A DNA stretch of 64,000 bases, from the NCBI GenBank assembly GCA_041744215.1, contig JBGTLG010000036.1:1-64000 (forward strand). Reading direction: 5' to 3'. The notes under the pieces are model-generated. The model saw only the letters and a program-made list of their open reading frames with translations, did not search any database and was not told where the DNA came from. Both the position numbers and the translations under genes were made by a program. Below, piece after piece: positions 10,626-21,147 of the stretch. How positions within the stretch are numbered: the first letter of the stretch is position 1; every line of letters starts with the position of its first letter. The DNA is from Fimbriimonadales bacterium (GTDB lineage: Bacteria; Armatimonadota; Fimbriimonadia; Fimbriimonadales; ATM1).

Positions 10626-11714
10626 CTAGTCGACTTTCCGCTTGAGCACCCCGATACCCCGCATCAGATCTTTCTCAGCCATGCCGTGCTTGCTTACCTC
10701 CATGGCCAGCCTGCCGACAATCTCTCGAATTCGCGACGCCTGAATACTTTCGGGGTGCGCTACGATGCTCGGCTCGCCACGATCTCCAGAAGCGCTGATT
10801 GCGGGGTCGAGTGGAATCGAACCGAGGAAAGGGATCCCGAACTGTCGCGCCATCTCGTCGCCGCTCGTCCCGGCGAAGATCTTCGACGTTTCTCCGCAAT
10901 GGGGACAGACGAAGTGCGACATGTTCTCGATGACACCTAGCAGCGGCGCATTCAATCGCTCGAACAATGCTACGGCCTTGCCTGCTATGTTCGCAGCGAC
11001 ATCGTGTGGTGTGGCAACAATCACGACACCGGTTAGAGGAACCAACTGTGCGAGTGACATGGGCGCATCGCCTGTGCCGGGTGGCAGGTCCACAATAAGA
11101 TAATCGAGCTCACCCCAATCAACGTCGGCAAGAAGTTGTCTTACTGTCCCGGCGACCATCGGTCCACGCCACAACACGGCTTGTCCCTCTTCTAGCAGAA
11201 ACCCGAGCGACATCATCTTCAGTCCGTAGCGCTCGATCGGAATGATTTTCGAGTTTTGCGTCCAAGGACGCTCATCCTCGCAACCCATCATCATCGGAAT
11301 GCTCGGCCCGTAAACGTCTGCGTCCATCAGCCCGACAGTCGCTCCAGACTGCGCGAGTGCGACTGCGATGTTTACCGAAACTGTGCTTTTGCCTACGCCA
11401 CCTTTACCACTCGCGATTGCCACGACGTTCTTGACACCAGGTATCAACTCTGCATTGAGCGACTCACGAACTCTCGCTGTCATCTCAATTTCCACAGCGT
11501 CAACGTCTGCAAGCGCGAGAACCACGTCGTGGGCTTGTTGCTTGAGAATGTCCTTTACAGGACATGCGGGAGTAGTCAGTTCAACCTTGAAGTCGACCGA
11601 TGTCCCCTCGATCCGCACGTCCTTCACGAACCCAAGGGAGACGATGTCGCGCTTTAGATCAGGATCGATAACGGCTTTAAGCGCATCCAGCACTGCTTGC
11701 TCTGTGACGGGCAT
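10626..11714 (-). CDS. mrp: Mrp/ApbC Fe-S cluster carrier ATPase with N-terminal DUF59 domain
   Basis: VIDPDL..DIV.LG, TTPACP, SGKGGVGKS, WRGPM, DLPPGTGD, ENMS..CPHC. Confidence 0.95.
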   Translation of the reverse strand: MPVTEQAVLDALKAVIDPDLKRDIVSLGFVKDVRIEGTSVDFKVELTTPACPVKDILKQQAHDVVLALADVDAVEIEMTARVRESLNAELIPGVKNVVAIASGKGGVGKSTVSVNIAVALAQSGATVGLMDADVYGPSIPMMMGCEDERPWTQNSKIIPIERYGLKMMSLGFLLEEGQAVLWRGPMVAGTVRQLLADVDWGELDYLIVDLPPGTGDAPMSLAQLVPLTGVVIVATPHDVAANIAGKAVALFERLNAPLLGVIENMSHFVCPHCGETSKIFAGTSGDEMARQFGIPFLGSIPLDPAISASGDRGEPSIVAHPESIQASRIREIVGRLAMEVSKHGMAEKDLMRGIGVLKRKVD

Positions 11715-11766
11715 TGTTGACAGTTTACTTGGTATGAGGGGCGTGTTTGCGGAGTAGAATTCGCCG

Positions 11767-12495
11767 GTGGCGACAAGCGAGCGAATAGCGATCATTGGGG
11801 GCGGAAGCCTCAGGTGCGCCACGCCCGTCCTCGCAGGTTTGTTCAGCTTGCCGAGAGTGGCTCCGCTCGAAATTCGCCTTTGTGATCCCCACTCGGAAGC
11901 TCTGGACCTGTTTCATCGAGTTGCCGTAGTTTTTTCAGATGAATCACCGGGCGAAGTAATGATTCACTCCACGAGCGAGATCGATGAGACGATGCTGGGA
12001 GCTGGAACTGTGATCCTCTGCTTCGGTCTTGGCAGGTCGAAAGAAGTGTGGGAGGAGTGGCTTCGCCTCGCGGGTGTCTCGGACCCCGGCTCAAGACCTG
12101 CAATGCTCGCAAGAGCGGTCCTGCTTTCGCCAGTCTTTTCCGCAGTAAATGAGTACCTGGCTGCCTCTGCGCATCGTCCAACTGTCATCAACCTTGTCCG
12201 TCCTGTCGATCTTGCGCGAAAGTTGGTGAGGGGTCCCGCTCATCATCTTGATTGGCCAGCGCCGCTGCCGGACTGGGAGCGCGTCCCCGCTGCGCATAGC
12301 GCGTTACGCCTCGTCATGAAAGATGCGTACGCATCGCATTCGGTCCACGAGCATTCGGAAACGCCTTTTGTCGAGGTTCTTCTTGAGAACGGTCGCGCAA
12401 CCGATGATATTGACGACGCTTCTATAGGCAAGTGGTTAGAGGAACTAGAACGCTTAGCGCCAGGAACGACCAAGATGCTGCTCGATCAATCGTAA
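11767..12495 (+). CDS. Short protein with GH4-like NAD-binding N-terminus
   Basis: RIAIIGGGS...TP motif as in family 4 glycosidases; only 242 aa. Confidence 0.6.
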   Translation: MATSERIAIIGGGSLRCATPVLAGLFSLPRVAPLEIRLCDPHSEALDLFHRVAVVFSDESPGEVMIHSTSEIDETMLGAGTVILCFGLGRSKEVWEEWLRLAGVSDPGSRPAMLARAVLLSPVFSAVNEYLAASAHRPTVINLVRPVDLARKLVRGPAHHLDWPAPLPDWERVPAAHSALRLVMKDAYASHSVHEHSETPFVEVLLENGRATDDIDDASIGKWLEELERLAPGTTKMLLDQS

Positions 12496-12500
12496 GTTAC

Positions 12501-12941
12501 TTATCCACCCCAGTCGCGCTGATCCTGCAGCTGCTTCAGGCGAACGCCTTCTTGCCACGACTGGTCCATTTGCACCGTCTTAAACCAACCGTAGAACATT
12601 AGCACGAGCCCTACGACTGCAACTACACGTGCCAGCTTTAGCGACGCTTCTGCGGCAGCGACTTGGGGGGAGTCGTCTTTCATGATCGAGTGTGCGACCT
12701 TGCCCAAGAAAACTGCCTGCAACAATAAGGCGGCGTACAAGCAAGTGCTAACAATTGCGATGATTCGCGACGTTACTGCAGCTTCATCAATGAAGAAGAA
12801 GGCTTCACGAGTCAACCCCTCCAGATAAAGCGGCGCATAGTTTGCGAGAACGATCGCAGCGAGATTGAAGATGATCAGCAACCAACCGACCACAAAAACG
12901 AGCGTGGCTGTTTTCTGCCGAGAAACTGTTGTACTAGCCAT
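12501..12941 (-). CDS. Hypothetical membrane protein (3 TM)
   Basis: Three hydrophobic segments; overlaps fabF stop. Confidence 0.8.
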   Translation of the reverse strand: MASTTVSRQKTATLVFVVGWLLIIFNLAAIVLANYAPLYLEGLTREAFFFIDEAAVTSRIIAIVSTCLYAALLLQAVFLGKVAHSIMKDDSPQVAAAEASLKLARVVAVVGLVLMFYGWFKTVQMDQSWQEGVRLKQLQDQRDWGG

Positions 12942-14193
12942 CAGCCCTCTTGAAGATCAGAGTAACGTTATGACCGCCGAAGCCAAAGGAGTTCTTCATT
13001 ACGTAGTTTATTGGCATCTTTCGCGACTCATTTGGAACGTAGTCTAAGTCGCAGTCTGGGTCCTTGACCTCGTAGTTGATCGTCGGCGGCGCGATGCCGT
13101 CCTTGAGAGCCATAACGCACGCTATCGATTCGATTGCGCCAGCCGCTCCCAAACTGTGTCCAACCATCGACTTGGTGCTGCTCACCGCGAGTTTGTATGC
13201 GTGCTCTCCGAACACTTGCCGAATCGCGTGGCTCTCCAATCGATCGTTGTATGGTGTGCTGGTTCCGTGGGCGTTAATGTAGTCGATTTGAGTCGGTTCG
13301 AGGCCTGCGCCCTGGAGCGCAAGCGCCATTGATCTGCGTGCGCCGTCGGCATTGGGGTCTGGCTGTGTGATGTGAAAAGCATCCGCGCTCATCCCATAGC
13401 CGACAAGTTCTGCGTACACTCTCGCTTTCCGCTTGCGGGCGTGCTCGTCGCTTTCGAGAATCAGCACACCGCCGCCTTCGCTCATCACAAAGCCGTCCCG
13501 CTCCTTATCGAACGGTCGGCTTGCGCGTTTCGGGTCATCGTTGCGCGTGCTGACGGCTCTTGCCGAGCAAAATCCCGCCAACCCAATCTCAGTTATTGGG
13601 GCCTCCACGCCCCCTGCGACCATGATATCCGCCTCACCGCGAAGGATGATGTGGGCGGCGTCTCCGATCGCGTTTGCGCCCGTGCTGCACGCAGTTACCA
13701 CGCACGAGTTCGGACCCTTGAGCCCGTGACGAATTGAGACGTACCCGCTCGCCATGTCTGGGATCATGTAGGGCACCAGAAACGGCGACACTCTTCCGGG
13801 CCCGCCTTCTATCTGGCGTCGATGCTGCTCGCCCAATATGTCCAGCCCACCGATTCCGGATCCGATCAGAACTCCGATTCGCTCCTTGTCTTCGTTCTCC
13901 AGCTCAAGGCAAGCATCCTTGAGAGCCATGTCTGCGGTAGCGACGGCGAACTGCAAAAACCGACTCAGTCGGCGGGCCTCTTTGGCATCTAAGAACTCTG
14001 CCGGGTCGAAGTCCTTGACCTCGCCTGCAATCTGGCAGGAGAAGTCGGCGGGATCAATGTGAGTGATTCGGTCTACGCCATTCTCGCCTGCGACGAGGCT
14101 GCGCCAAAACGAATCGGCGCTGTTGCCGACCGGTGTCACCGCTCCGAGCCCGGTGATAACCACCCGGCGGTTTGGATCGTAACCCCGGAGCAT
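12934..14193 (-). CDS. fabF: Beta-ketoacyl-ACP synthase II
   Basis: RRVVITGLG, TAC, NAHGTST, GHSLGAAG, NSFGFGG. Confidence 0.97.
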   Translation of the reverse strand: MLRGYDPNRRVVITGLGAVTPVGNSADSFWRSLVAGENGVDRITHIDPADFSCQIAGEVKDFDPAEFLDAKEARRLSRFLQFAVATADMALKDACLELENEDKERIGVLIGSGIGGLDILGEQHRRQIEGGPGRVSPFLVPYMIPDMASGYVSIRHGLKGPNSCVVTACSTGANAIGDAAHIILRGEADIMVAGGVEAPITEIGLAGFCSARAVSTRNDDPKRASRPFDKERDGFVMSEGGGVLILESDEHARKRKARVYAELVGYGMSADAFHITQPDPNADGARRSMALALQGAGLEPTQIDYINAHGTSTPYNDRLESHAIRQVFGEHAYKLAVSSTKSMVGHSLGAAGAIESIACVMALKDGIAPPTINYEVKDPDCDLDYVPNESRKMPINYVMKNSFGFGGHNVTLIFKRADG

Positions 14194-14206
14194 CGCTTAG
14201 GCTCGC

Positions 14207-14527
14207 TTAGCCGTCGCCGACCTTCTTGCCGATGTAGTCGACGGCGTCCTTGACGGTCCGCATCTGTTCCACATCCTCGTCGGGGATGTCGATGCCGAAC
14301 TCGTCCTCAAATCCCATGACTAACTCCACGATGTCAAGCGAATCAGCTCCAAGGTCCTCTACAAAAGAAGATTCGAGGGTGATCTCTTCTTCTTTTCGCC
14401 CAAGTTGAGCTTCGATTACCTTCTTGACTCGCGCAACGATGTCGTCCATTTCGATTTCCTCCGTGTCGTCTGGTTCGTCGCCGAACTCTGCTGTTTCCAA
14501 ATCTTCGAATTCCTCGATCGGGGCCAT
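14207..14527 (-). CDS. acpP: Acyl carrier protein, possibly with acidic N-terminal extension (alternative start 14449)
   Basis: [14 protein letters not shown] motif within fab cluster. Confidence 0.95.
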   Translation of the reverse strand: MAPIEEFEDLETAEFGDEPDDTEEIEMDDIVARVKKVIEAQLGRKEEEITLESSFVEDLGADSLDIVELVMGFEDEFGIDIPDEDVEQMRTVKDAVDYIGKKVGDG

Positions 14528-14573
14528 GTTACTCCGTTTTCCTCGCTGATGCCATTGATTTTTGTATTGTGGG

Positions 14574-15305
14574 TCACAAGGTCAGCCCGCCGTCGACGAC
14601 GATGGTCTGGCCGGTGATATATGATGCCTGGTCTCCAGCCAGAAACATCACCACTCCCGCCACATCCTCAGGAGTGCCGAGGCGCGCTGCCGGTGCTGTG
14701 GACAATACCGCTTCTCGCATCTCTTCGGATAGGTCTTTCGTCATCTCAGTGTCGATAAACCCAGGAGCAATCGCGTTGCAGGTAATACCCCGGCTACCAA
14801 ACTCCTTCGCCACAGACTTCGTAAAGCCGATGATGGCGGCTTTGCTGGCGGCATAGTTAGCCTGGCCAGCCTGGCCGCCCAATCCCACAACGCTGGTTAT
14901 GTTGATGATCCTGCCCCACCGCGCCTTCATCATTGACCGAACGGAAGCGCGCGTCATGTTGAAAACGCCCTTGGCGTTCACTCGCATTACGTCGTCCCAG
15001 TCCTCATCCGACATACGCAGAAGGAGCGTATCGCGGGTGATTCCGGCGTTGTTGACGAGGATGTCAAGTGATCCGAACGCTTCGATCGTGGCGGCGACTG
15101 CGGCGTCGACCTGGCTAGGATCGCCAACGTCACATCGGAGGCCCACTGCCTCGCCACCTGCTGCGCGGATGGCGGTTGCGACCTCCTCTCCCCCGACGCT
15201 GCTCGCGACACAGGCGACCTTCGCGCCAGCGGCTGCCAGCGCTTCAGCAATGCCTCGGCCGATCCCGCGGCTTGCACCGGTCACCAGCGCTGCCTTCCCC
15301 TTCAC
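14574..15305 (-). CDS. fabG: 3-oxoacyl-ACP reductase
   Basis: [21 protein letters not shown]. Confidence 0.96.
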   Translation of the reverse strand: MKGKAALVTGASRGIGRGIAEALAAAGAKVACVASSVGGEEVATAIRAAGGEAVGLRCDVGDPSQVDAAVAATIEAFGSLDILVNNAGITRDTLLLRMSDEDWDDVMRVNAKGVFNMTRASVRSMMKARWGRIINITSVVGLGGQAGQANYAASKAAIIGFTKSVAKEFGSRGITCNAIAPGFIDTEMTKDLSEEMREAVLSTAPAARLGTPEDVAGVVMFLAGDQASYITGQTIVVDGGLTL

Positions 15306-16234
15306 CGCGGCACTCCTTGGCGCAGGGAGTCAACGCCTTCTGGACTATTCACGGCTAGGCCCTTTGCGTCTGGGTCAATGCGTTTGAGTAGCCCTGTAAG
15401 CACCTCTCCGGACCCACACTCTACGAATGTCGAAATGCCCATCTCCCGCATCTTCAGTACGGACGGGGCCCAGCGGACGGGGGATTCAAGCTGGCGCTGC
15501 AAAAGCGTCGCCCATTCCGAGCCCGGTTCCGCTGTTACGTTTGAAATCACTGGGACCTCACTGGGCGCAAAGCTGGCTTGGCTCAGAGCCTCGCCCATGG
15601 CCGCCGCTGAATCCTTCATAAGCGGGCTGTGGAACGCTCCACTGACATTGAGCTGAATGCAGCGCTTGGCTCCTGCTTGCTTTGCGAGTTCGCACGCCCC
15701 TGCCACTGCCTCCGAATCGCCGGAGACGACGACTTGCCCTGGACTGTTGTAATTCGCAACGACCACCGCCATATCGCCAGTGGTCGCCTCCATGCAGAGT
15801 CGATCAACGTCGTCGTCGCCGAGGCCGAGGATTGCCGCCATCGCTCCCGGTCGCAACGCGCCGGCCCTCGCCATCAAGTCGCCTCGCCGCTGGACGAGCC
15901 TCGCTCCGACCTCGACGGACACGACCCCAGCGCACACCAGCGCGGCGTACTCTCCAACGCTGTGGCCAGCCATCGCAGTTGCCGTAGGGTGATCCCCGAG
16001 CGCTCGAAACGTCGCCACGGAAACTGTGAAGAGTGCGATCTGTGCATTTTGGGTCTGTCGTAAAGTCTCTTCGTCGGATTCGAAGCACAGTGAACGGAGA
16101 TCGAGCCCTGTCGCCTCGCCTACTTCGTCGAATGCCTCCCGCGCTTCGGCGTAGGCGTCGTGGATGCTCTTGCCCATGCCAGGCTGTTGGGAGCCCTGAC
16201 CAGGAAAGACGAAGGCGATGCGGCGGTCGCTCAC
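15302..16234 (-). CDS. fabD: Malonyl-CoA:ACP transacylase
   Basis: FPGQGSQ, GHSVGEY, VSGAFHS, PVRW. Confidence 0.96.
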   Translation of the reverse strand: MSDRRIAFVFPGQGSQQPGMGKSIHDAYAEAREAFDEVGEATGLDLRSLCFESDEETLRQTQNAQIALFTVSVATFRALGDHPTATAMAGHSVGEYAALVCAGVVSVEVGARLVQRRGDLMARAGALRPGAMAAILGLGDDDVDRLCMEATTGDMAVVVANYNSPGQVVVSGDSEAVAGACELAKQAGAKRCIQLNVSGAFHSPLMKDSAAAMGEALSQASFAPSEVPVISNVTAEPGSEWATLLQRQLESPVRWAPSVLKMREMGISTFVECGSGEVLTGLLKRIDPDAKGLAVNSPEGVDSLRQGVPR

Positions 16235-16275
16235 GGCGGAGGATTGTGGCACGCGCGGTGCGTCACAATCTTGCT

Positions 16276-18612
16276 GTGGAGCCCCGGAGTCACTCGGAAC
16301 GCGTTCTCGAGCTTGACCGTGTCATGGAGATGGTCGCTGAGCGTTGCAGCACCTCGTTAGGGGTATCCCTCATCTCCGCTCTGAAGCCGAGCTTTGATGC
16401 TGAAGTGGTGCGGGTTCGGATAGCGCAGACGGAGCAGGCGTTATCGTTGCTGCGAAACGGGGAGCCCCCGGCTTACGGCGGTGCCAAGGATGTGCGGGAT
16501 GCAGTTTCTCAGGCCGGCAAGGGAAGCACGATGCCTGGCGAAGAGATTTTTCGTGTTGCAGAAACCTTGGACGCGATGAATCGGCTTCGGAAGTATCTCA
16601 ACGGCAAGCGCGAAGAGTCCAACGAACTTTGGCGGATCGCGGAGTCGATGCCATACCTTCCAGAGTTGCATCGAGACCTCGTGGAATCGGTCACGTATGA
16701 GGGAGAGGTACTGGACTCTGCGAGCCCTGCGCTGAAGCGAGTTCGCTTGGACAAAAACGCGCAATCAAGAAGGCTCGCATCTCGGGTGCAAACTTTAATC
16801 AACGGTTCGCTGAAGACTTATCTTCAGGAACCGATTTTTACAATCCGAGACGGAAGGTACGTCGTTCCTGTTAAGGCGCAGTATCGTGGAAAGGTTCCGG
16901 GCATCGTACACGATGCTAGCGGTTCAGGCCAGACTATCTTCGTCGAACCTGAGAGTATCGTTGGTGAGGCAAACAAGCTTCGGGAACTAGAAGCGGCTGA
17001 GCGCGAAGAGGTGGAGCGCGTTTTGCGCGAGCTATCAAATCGCATCGGCGAGCAGGCAGATCCGATTGCGGCAGGGTTGGACTCGATTGCGGAAATCGAT
17101 ACGTTGTTTGCAAAGGCGAGATTTGGTATCGAGCGCAAGTGTGTTGCGCCCAAACTCGTGGCCGGTCGCTCTTTGAAGATTGAGTCAGGACATCATCCCC
17201 TGATCGATCCGAGCATATCCGTGCCTCTCGATGTTACAGTTGGCGAAAGTAGCGGGTCGCTGTTGATTACTGGGCCAAACACCGGAGGAAAAACCGTTAC
17301 TCTGAAGATGTTAGGGCTATACGCGATGATGATTGGTTGCGGCATGCTTGTGCCCGCAGCGCACGTCGAGTATGGTGTGTTCGGTCGAGTGTGGGCAGAT
17401 ATCGGTGACGAACAGAGTTTGCAGCAATCGCTTTCGACATTTAGCGGCCACTTAAGAAACATCGCTGCAGCGTTCAAGGATTCGAAAAATGGCGATCTTG
17501 TGTTGCTGGATGAAGTTGGAGCGGGCACCGACCCGCGCGAGGGCTCCGCATTGGCGCAGGCGATCTTGGAAACTCTCGCGGACAGAGGCGTCGTGATCGC
17601 GGCATCCACTCATTACGGCGAACTAAAAGCGTTTTCACAGTCCGACGACCGATTTTGTTGCGCCGCTATGGAGTTCGACGTAGCAACCTTGCGACCCACA
17701 TATCGCCTCATACCAGGAGCATCTGGACAAAGCCATGCGCTCGAAGTTTCGCGACGTCACGGCATTCCGGGCGATGTTGTTGACCTTGCTGAGTCGATGC
17801 TTGGGAGCGACGCCGCGCAGGCTCGCGAGAAGTCGACCGAGCTCGATCGCTTGCTCATGGAAGCCCGACGCGAGCGAGAGGAGATAGCCGAGGTTAGAGA
17901 GGGAGCAATTGCCGTAAAACGTGAGGCAGAAGCTCAGGTGGAAGCGCAATTAGAGAAGCTTCGAAAAGCGCGAGATCGTGCGGAGCAAGTTGCAGCAGAT
18001 GCGTTGCGAGAATCCCGCGAAAAGTATCGGGAGTTGCTCGACATCGCGAAATCCGCCTCCGCATCAGAGCGTGAGATGTTGTTAGAACGAGCAAAGAGAG
18101 TGGAGGACGATATCCGCGCGGCCAAGGCTGAGATTGCTCCCGATGTGTCAGCCGCGCAAGAATCAGCGCTGAAGTCGGGAATGTACGTGCGCATCGCATC
18201 GAACAATCAGCATGGACGCATCCTTGAGATCCAGAAGTCCGGCAAGGTCCTCGTACAAGTCGGAGCCATGAAAATCACACTCTCTCCCACAGAGGTCATT
18301 CCAGCAGAGGAGAAGCCGAGTGATCGATCAAGAAAATCCATGTCCGCTTCGGTGCACCGCACGATGAGCGCAAAGACTGAGATTAGCTTGCGACAAATGC
18401 GAGCCGAAAGCGCTTTGGAAGAGCTCGATCGATTCTTTGATGACGCGGTGCTCGCAGGACTTCCGATGGTTCGAATCGTGCACGGCAAGGGCGAGGGTGT
18501 TCTGCGACGAGTGGTTCGCGAATTCTTGTCTAAGCGAAGCGACGTAGAGCGGGTTCGCGAAGGCGAACCTGGTGAAGGCGGAGGCGGTGTGACCGTTGTG
18601 TATCTAAAATGA
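16276..18612 (+). CDS. mutS2: MutS2 endonuclease / ribosome-collision factor
   Basis: ITGPNTGGKT, DIGDEQS, LSTFSGH, coiled coil, C-terminal Smr IVHGKG.GVLR. Confidence 0.96.
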   Translation: MEPRSHSERVLELDRVMEMVAERCSTSLGVSLISALKPSFDAEVVRVRIAQTEQALSLLRNGEPPAYGGAKDVRDAVSQAGKGSTMPGEEIFRVAETLDAMNRLRKYLNGKREESNELWRIAESMPYLPELHRDLVESVTYEGEVLDSASPALKRVRLDKNAQSRRLASRVQTLINGSLKTYLQEPIFTIRDGRYVVPVKAQYRGKVPGIVHDASGSGQTIFVEPESIVGEANKLRELEAAEREEVERVLRELSNRIGEQADPIAAGLDSIAEIDTLFAKARFGIERKCVAPKLVAGRSLKIESGHHPLIDPSISVPLDVTVGESSGSLLITGPNTGGKTVTLKMLGLYAMMIGCGMLVPAAHVEYGVFGRVWADIGDEQSLQQSLSTFSGHLRNIAAAFKDSKNGDLVLLDEVGAGTDPREGSALAQAILETLADRGVVIAASTHYGELKAFSQSDDRFCCAAMEFDVATLRPTYRLIPGASGQSHALEVSRRHGIPGDVVDLAESMLGSDAAQAREKSTELDRLLMEARREREEIAEVREGAIAVKREAEAQVEAQLEKLRKARDRAEQVAADALRESREKYRELLDIAKSASASEREMLLERAKRVEDDIRAAKAEIAPDVSAAQESALKSGMYVRIASNNQHGRILEIQKSGKVLVQVGAMKITLSPTEVIPAEEKPSDRSRKSMSASVHRTMSAKTEISLRQMRAESALEELDRFFDDAVLAGLPMVRIVHGKGEGVLRRVVREFLSKRSDVERVREGEPGEGGGGVTVVYLK

Positions 18613-18989
18613 AAGACCTGCTTATCGAAAACGCAGTTCAAGTGCGAACTCTGGCATTTGCGCCCCATTCGGCATACAAAGTTGGCGCAGCCGTCTTAGG
18701 GCGCGACGGCAACATCTACGCTGGGTGTAATGTCGAGAATGACTCCTACGGCTTGTCGATTTGCGCTGAGAGAAACGCGATCGGCGCGATGGTTGCTGGC
18801 GGGTGCTCTGGGTGCATCATGATCGCGGTCGCCACCGTTGATGGCGCGCCACCGTGCGGTGCATGCAGGCAGGTTCTATCGCAGTTTGCGCCCACTGCGG
18901 AGTCGCTCGCGATCTATCTCGTCGACGGATTAGGCGTGGTTCGAGAAACAGCGCTTGACGCGTTATTCCCCGACAGCTTTCACCTGTAG
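18609..18989 (+). CDS. cdd: Cytidine deaminase
   Basis: GCNVEN, CAE, PCGACRQ. Confidence 0.95.
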   Translation: MKDLLIENAVQVRTLAFAPHSAYKVGAAVLGRDGNIYAGCNVENDSYGLSICAERNAIGAMVAGGCSGCIMIAVATVDGAPPCGACRQVLSQFAPTAESLAIYLVDGLGVVRETALDALFPDSFHL

Positions 18990-19844
18990 AGTCGGCGAGA
19001 TCTCCTCAACATACCGAGCGACAGCATCTTGCCAAGATGGCAAAGAGCCAAAGCGGAGCGCTGAATACTTGGCCGAGTCGAGAGCGCTAAACTTTGGTCG
19101 TACTGCGGGAGTCGGCCAATCGTCAGTTGTGATGGCTGATAACTCCACCTCTAGGCCTGCGCGTGACATGCACTCTTTTGCTAATTCATACCAACTTGCA
19201 ATTCCAGAGTTAGCAATGTGATAAATCCCGGACTGCGCATCAGTTTCAATTAGGTTCGCAATCGCGAACGCGATGTCTTTCGTGTACGATGGGCTGCCGA
19301 TCTGGTCTGCGACCACACGAAGTGGCTTGCCATGCAGCGCTGCATTCAAGATCGTTCGCGGAAAGCATTTGCCGTTTGCGCCAAACAGCCACGACGTTCG
19401 CGCGACGATCATATCTTGATTCTCGTCGAGCGATAGAACCTCGCCATTTCGTTTGCTGCGGGCGTACGCGCCGATCGGGTTCGGCTCATCAGTTTCAGCG
19501 TAGGGCGCGCCTTTTTCGCCGTCGAACACGAAGTCGGTGCTTACATGCAGAAACCGTGAGCGCACCCACCGACAAAAGCGCGCAAGCGAGTACGGCGCCA
19601 CAGCATTCATTGCGTTTGCGCGATCCACTTCCGATTCGGCATTATCCACGGCGGTATACGCTGCACAGTTAACGACCCAGGCAGGGCGAGCGGAAAGGAA
19701 GTAGGCGTCAATGGAGCGTGGGTCCTCAAGATCTAAAATGTGTTTGGGGGGCGCATCGACAACCCAACCGCGAGACCGAAACTCAGCGTGAACATCGACG
19801 CCCAAAAGCCCAGTTGCGCCGATGAGCAGAACTTCGCCTTCCAC
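18963..19844 (-). CDS. rfbD: dTDP-4-dehydrorhamnose reductase
   Basis: GATGLLG, AAYTAVD.AE, STDFVFDG, Y..SK, DQIGSP. Confidence 0.95.
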   Translation of the reverse strand: MEGEVLLIGATGLLGVDVHAEFRSRGWVVDAPPKHILDLEDPRSIDAYFLSARPAWVVNCAAYTAVDNAESEVDRANAMNAVAPYSLARFCRWVRSRFLHVSTDFVFDGEKGAPYAETDEPNPIGAYARSKRNGEVLSLDENQDMIVARTSWLFGANGKCFPRTILNAALHGKPLRVVADQIGSPSYTKDIAFAIANLIETDAQSGIYHIANSGIASWYELAKECMSRAGLEVELSAITTDDWPTPAVRPKFSALDSAKYSALRFGSLPSWQDAVARYVEEISPTLQVKAVGE

Positions 19845-19876
19845 GCGGTCAGACTACCCCCGGGGATAATTGCAAC

Positions 19877-20359
19877 GTGTCCAACTACACCATTCGACCT
19901 TACGCCAAAGGCGACGAAAGAGGCATTGCGCGCGTGATCAAGAGTGTTTTCGATGAATACTTGTTTCCCTGGCAACCCGATGGCCACAACCGCGACTCAG
20001 AAGAAGTCGAGGAGTTCTATCACAAGCGAGGCGGAGGCTTTTGGGTACTGGTTTACGATGGCGAAGTCGTGGGCACTGTCGGAATACGTGCGATCACGGA
20101 AGCAGTCTGCGACCTGTGCAGGCTCTACCTGCTCGCGGAGCACCGAGGAAAGGGGCAAGGCAAGCGGTTGTTTGCCCTTTCGATTGACGAAGCCAAGCAG
20201 CGGGGCTATCAGAAAATGGAGATCTGGTCGGACAAGCGACTTGACGTGTCGCACGAGCTGTACCGAAAGTCCGGAGCAGTTTCGATTGGCGATCGCACAG
20301 TCGCAGACCCAGACTATCCAGAAGTGTATGAAGAGTGGGGCTACTGTCTAGACCTTTAG
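19877..20359 (+). CDS. GNAT acetyltransferase
   Basis: RLYL...HRGKGQG motif A. Confidence 0.9.
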   Translation: MSNYTIRPYAKGDERGIARVIKSVFDEYLFPWQPDGHNRDSEEVEEFYHKRGGGFWVLVYDGEVVGTVGIRAITEAVCDLCRLYLLAEHRGKGQGKRLFALSIDEAKQRGYQKMEIWSDKRLDVSHELYRKSGAVSIGDRTVADPDYPEVYEEWGYCLDL

Positions 20360-21147
20360 CTGCGCGTTGCTGCCTTCAGGGCGGCGATATCTTGGCGAAG
20401 AGCGGCCGCACCACGACCCTCGTCCCAAGACGAGTGAAGAAGAGCGACCAGGTGACTGCCGACCACCGCCCCGTCCGCTACTTGACAGACCATGCGAACT
20501 TGCTCTGGATTCGAGATTCCCAAGCCAACACAAATCGGAAGGCGTGTGTGGCGGCGAAGTCGCGCGACGGTCTGCGCGACTTCGCCTGGTACCTCATGGC
20601 CTGCGCCGGTAACGCCGGTACGCGAAACGCAGTAAACAAACCCGCTCGCCGCGTCGCAGGCAAGCTGGACGCGGGCTTCGGTGCTTGTTGGTGCGATCAA
20701 GAAGATAGTATCGAGCCCTCCGCTGCGAGCTGCTTCACGCCATGTGCCTGCCTCGTCTGGGGTGAGGTCGCTAAGCAGAACACCCGATGCGCCTGAACTC
20801 GCGGCATCGTCGCAAAACTGCTCGAACCCAGCCCGCATCGCGGTGTTTACGTAGCCCATGTAGACAATCGGCGCCGACACGTCGGAACGGCGGACGGCGT
20901 CGAAGATGTCATGCACTTTCACGTTCCGGTCAAGCGCCCGCTGGCTACTGGCCTGAATGGTTGGTCCATCGGCAATCGGGTCGCTAAATGGCAGGCCGAC
21001 TTCGATCAGATCCGCGCCCCCCGCCTCCAACGTCCTGAGAATCTCCGGCAATTGCTCGATGGGCGGGTCGCCTCCGGTGACGAAGACTACAAGGGCTTTC
21101 TCTTCTTGGGAGCGGAGACTGTCGAATGTCGCAGAGATTCGAGACAC
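20356..21147 (-). CDS. trpA: Tryptophan synthase alpha subunit
   Basis: EVGLPFSDPIADGPTIQ, VSRTGVTG, ADGAVVGS; start GTG 21147. Confidence 0.96.
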   Translation of the reverse strand: MSRISATFDSLRSQEEKALVVFVTGGDPPIEQLPEILRTLEAGGADLIEVGLPFSDPIADGPTIQASSQRALDRNVKVHDIFDAVRRSDVSAPIVYMGYVNTAMRAGFEQFCDDAASSGASGVLLSDLTPDEAGTWREAARSGGLDTIFLIAPTSTEARVQLACDAASGFVYCVSRTGVTGAGHEVPGEVAQTVARLRRHTRLPICVGLGISNPEQVRMVCQVADGAVVGSHLVALLHSSWDEGRGAAALRQDIAALKAATRS

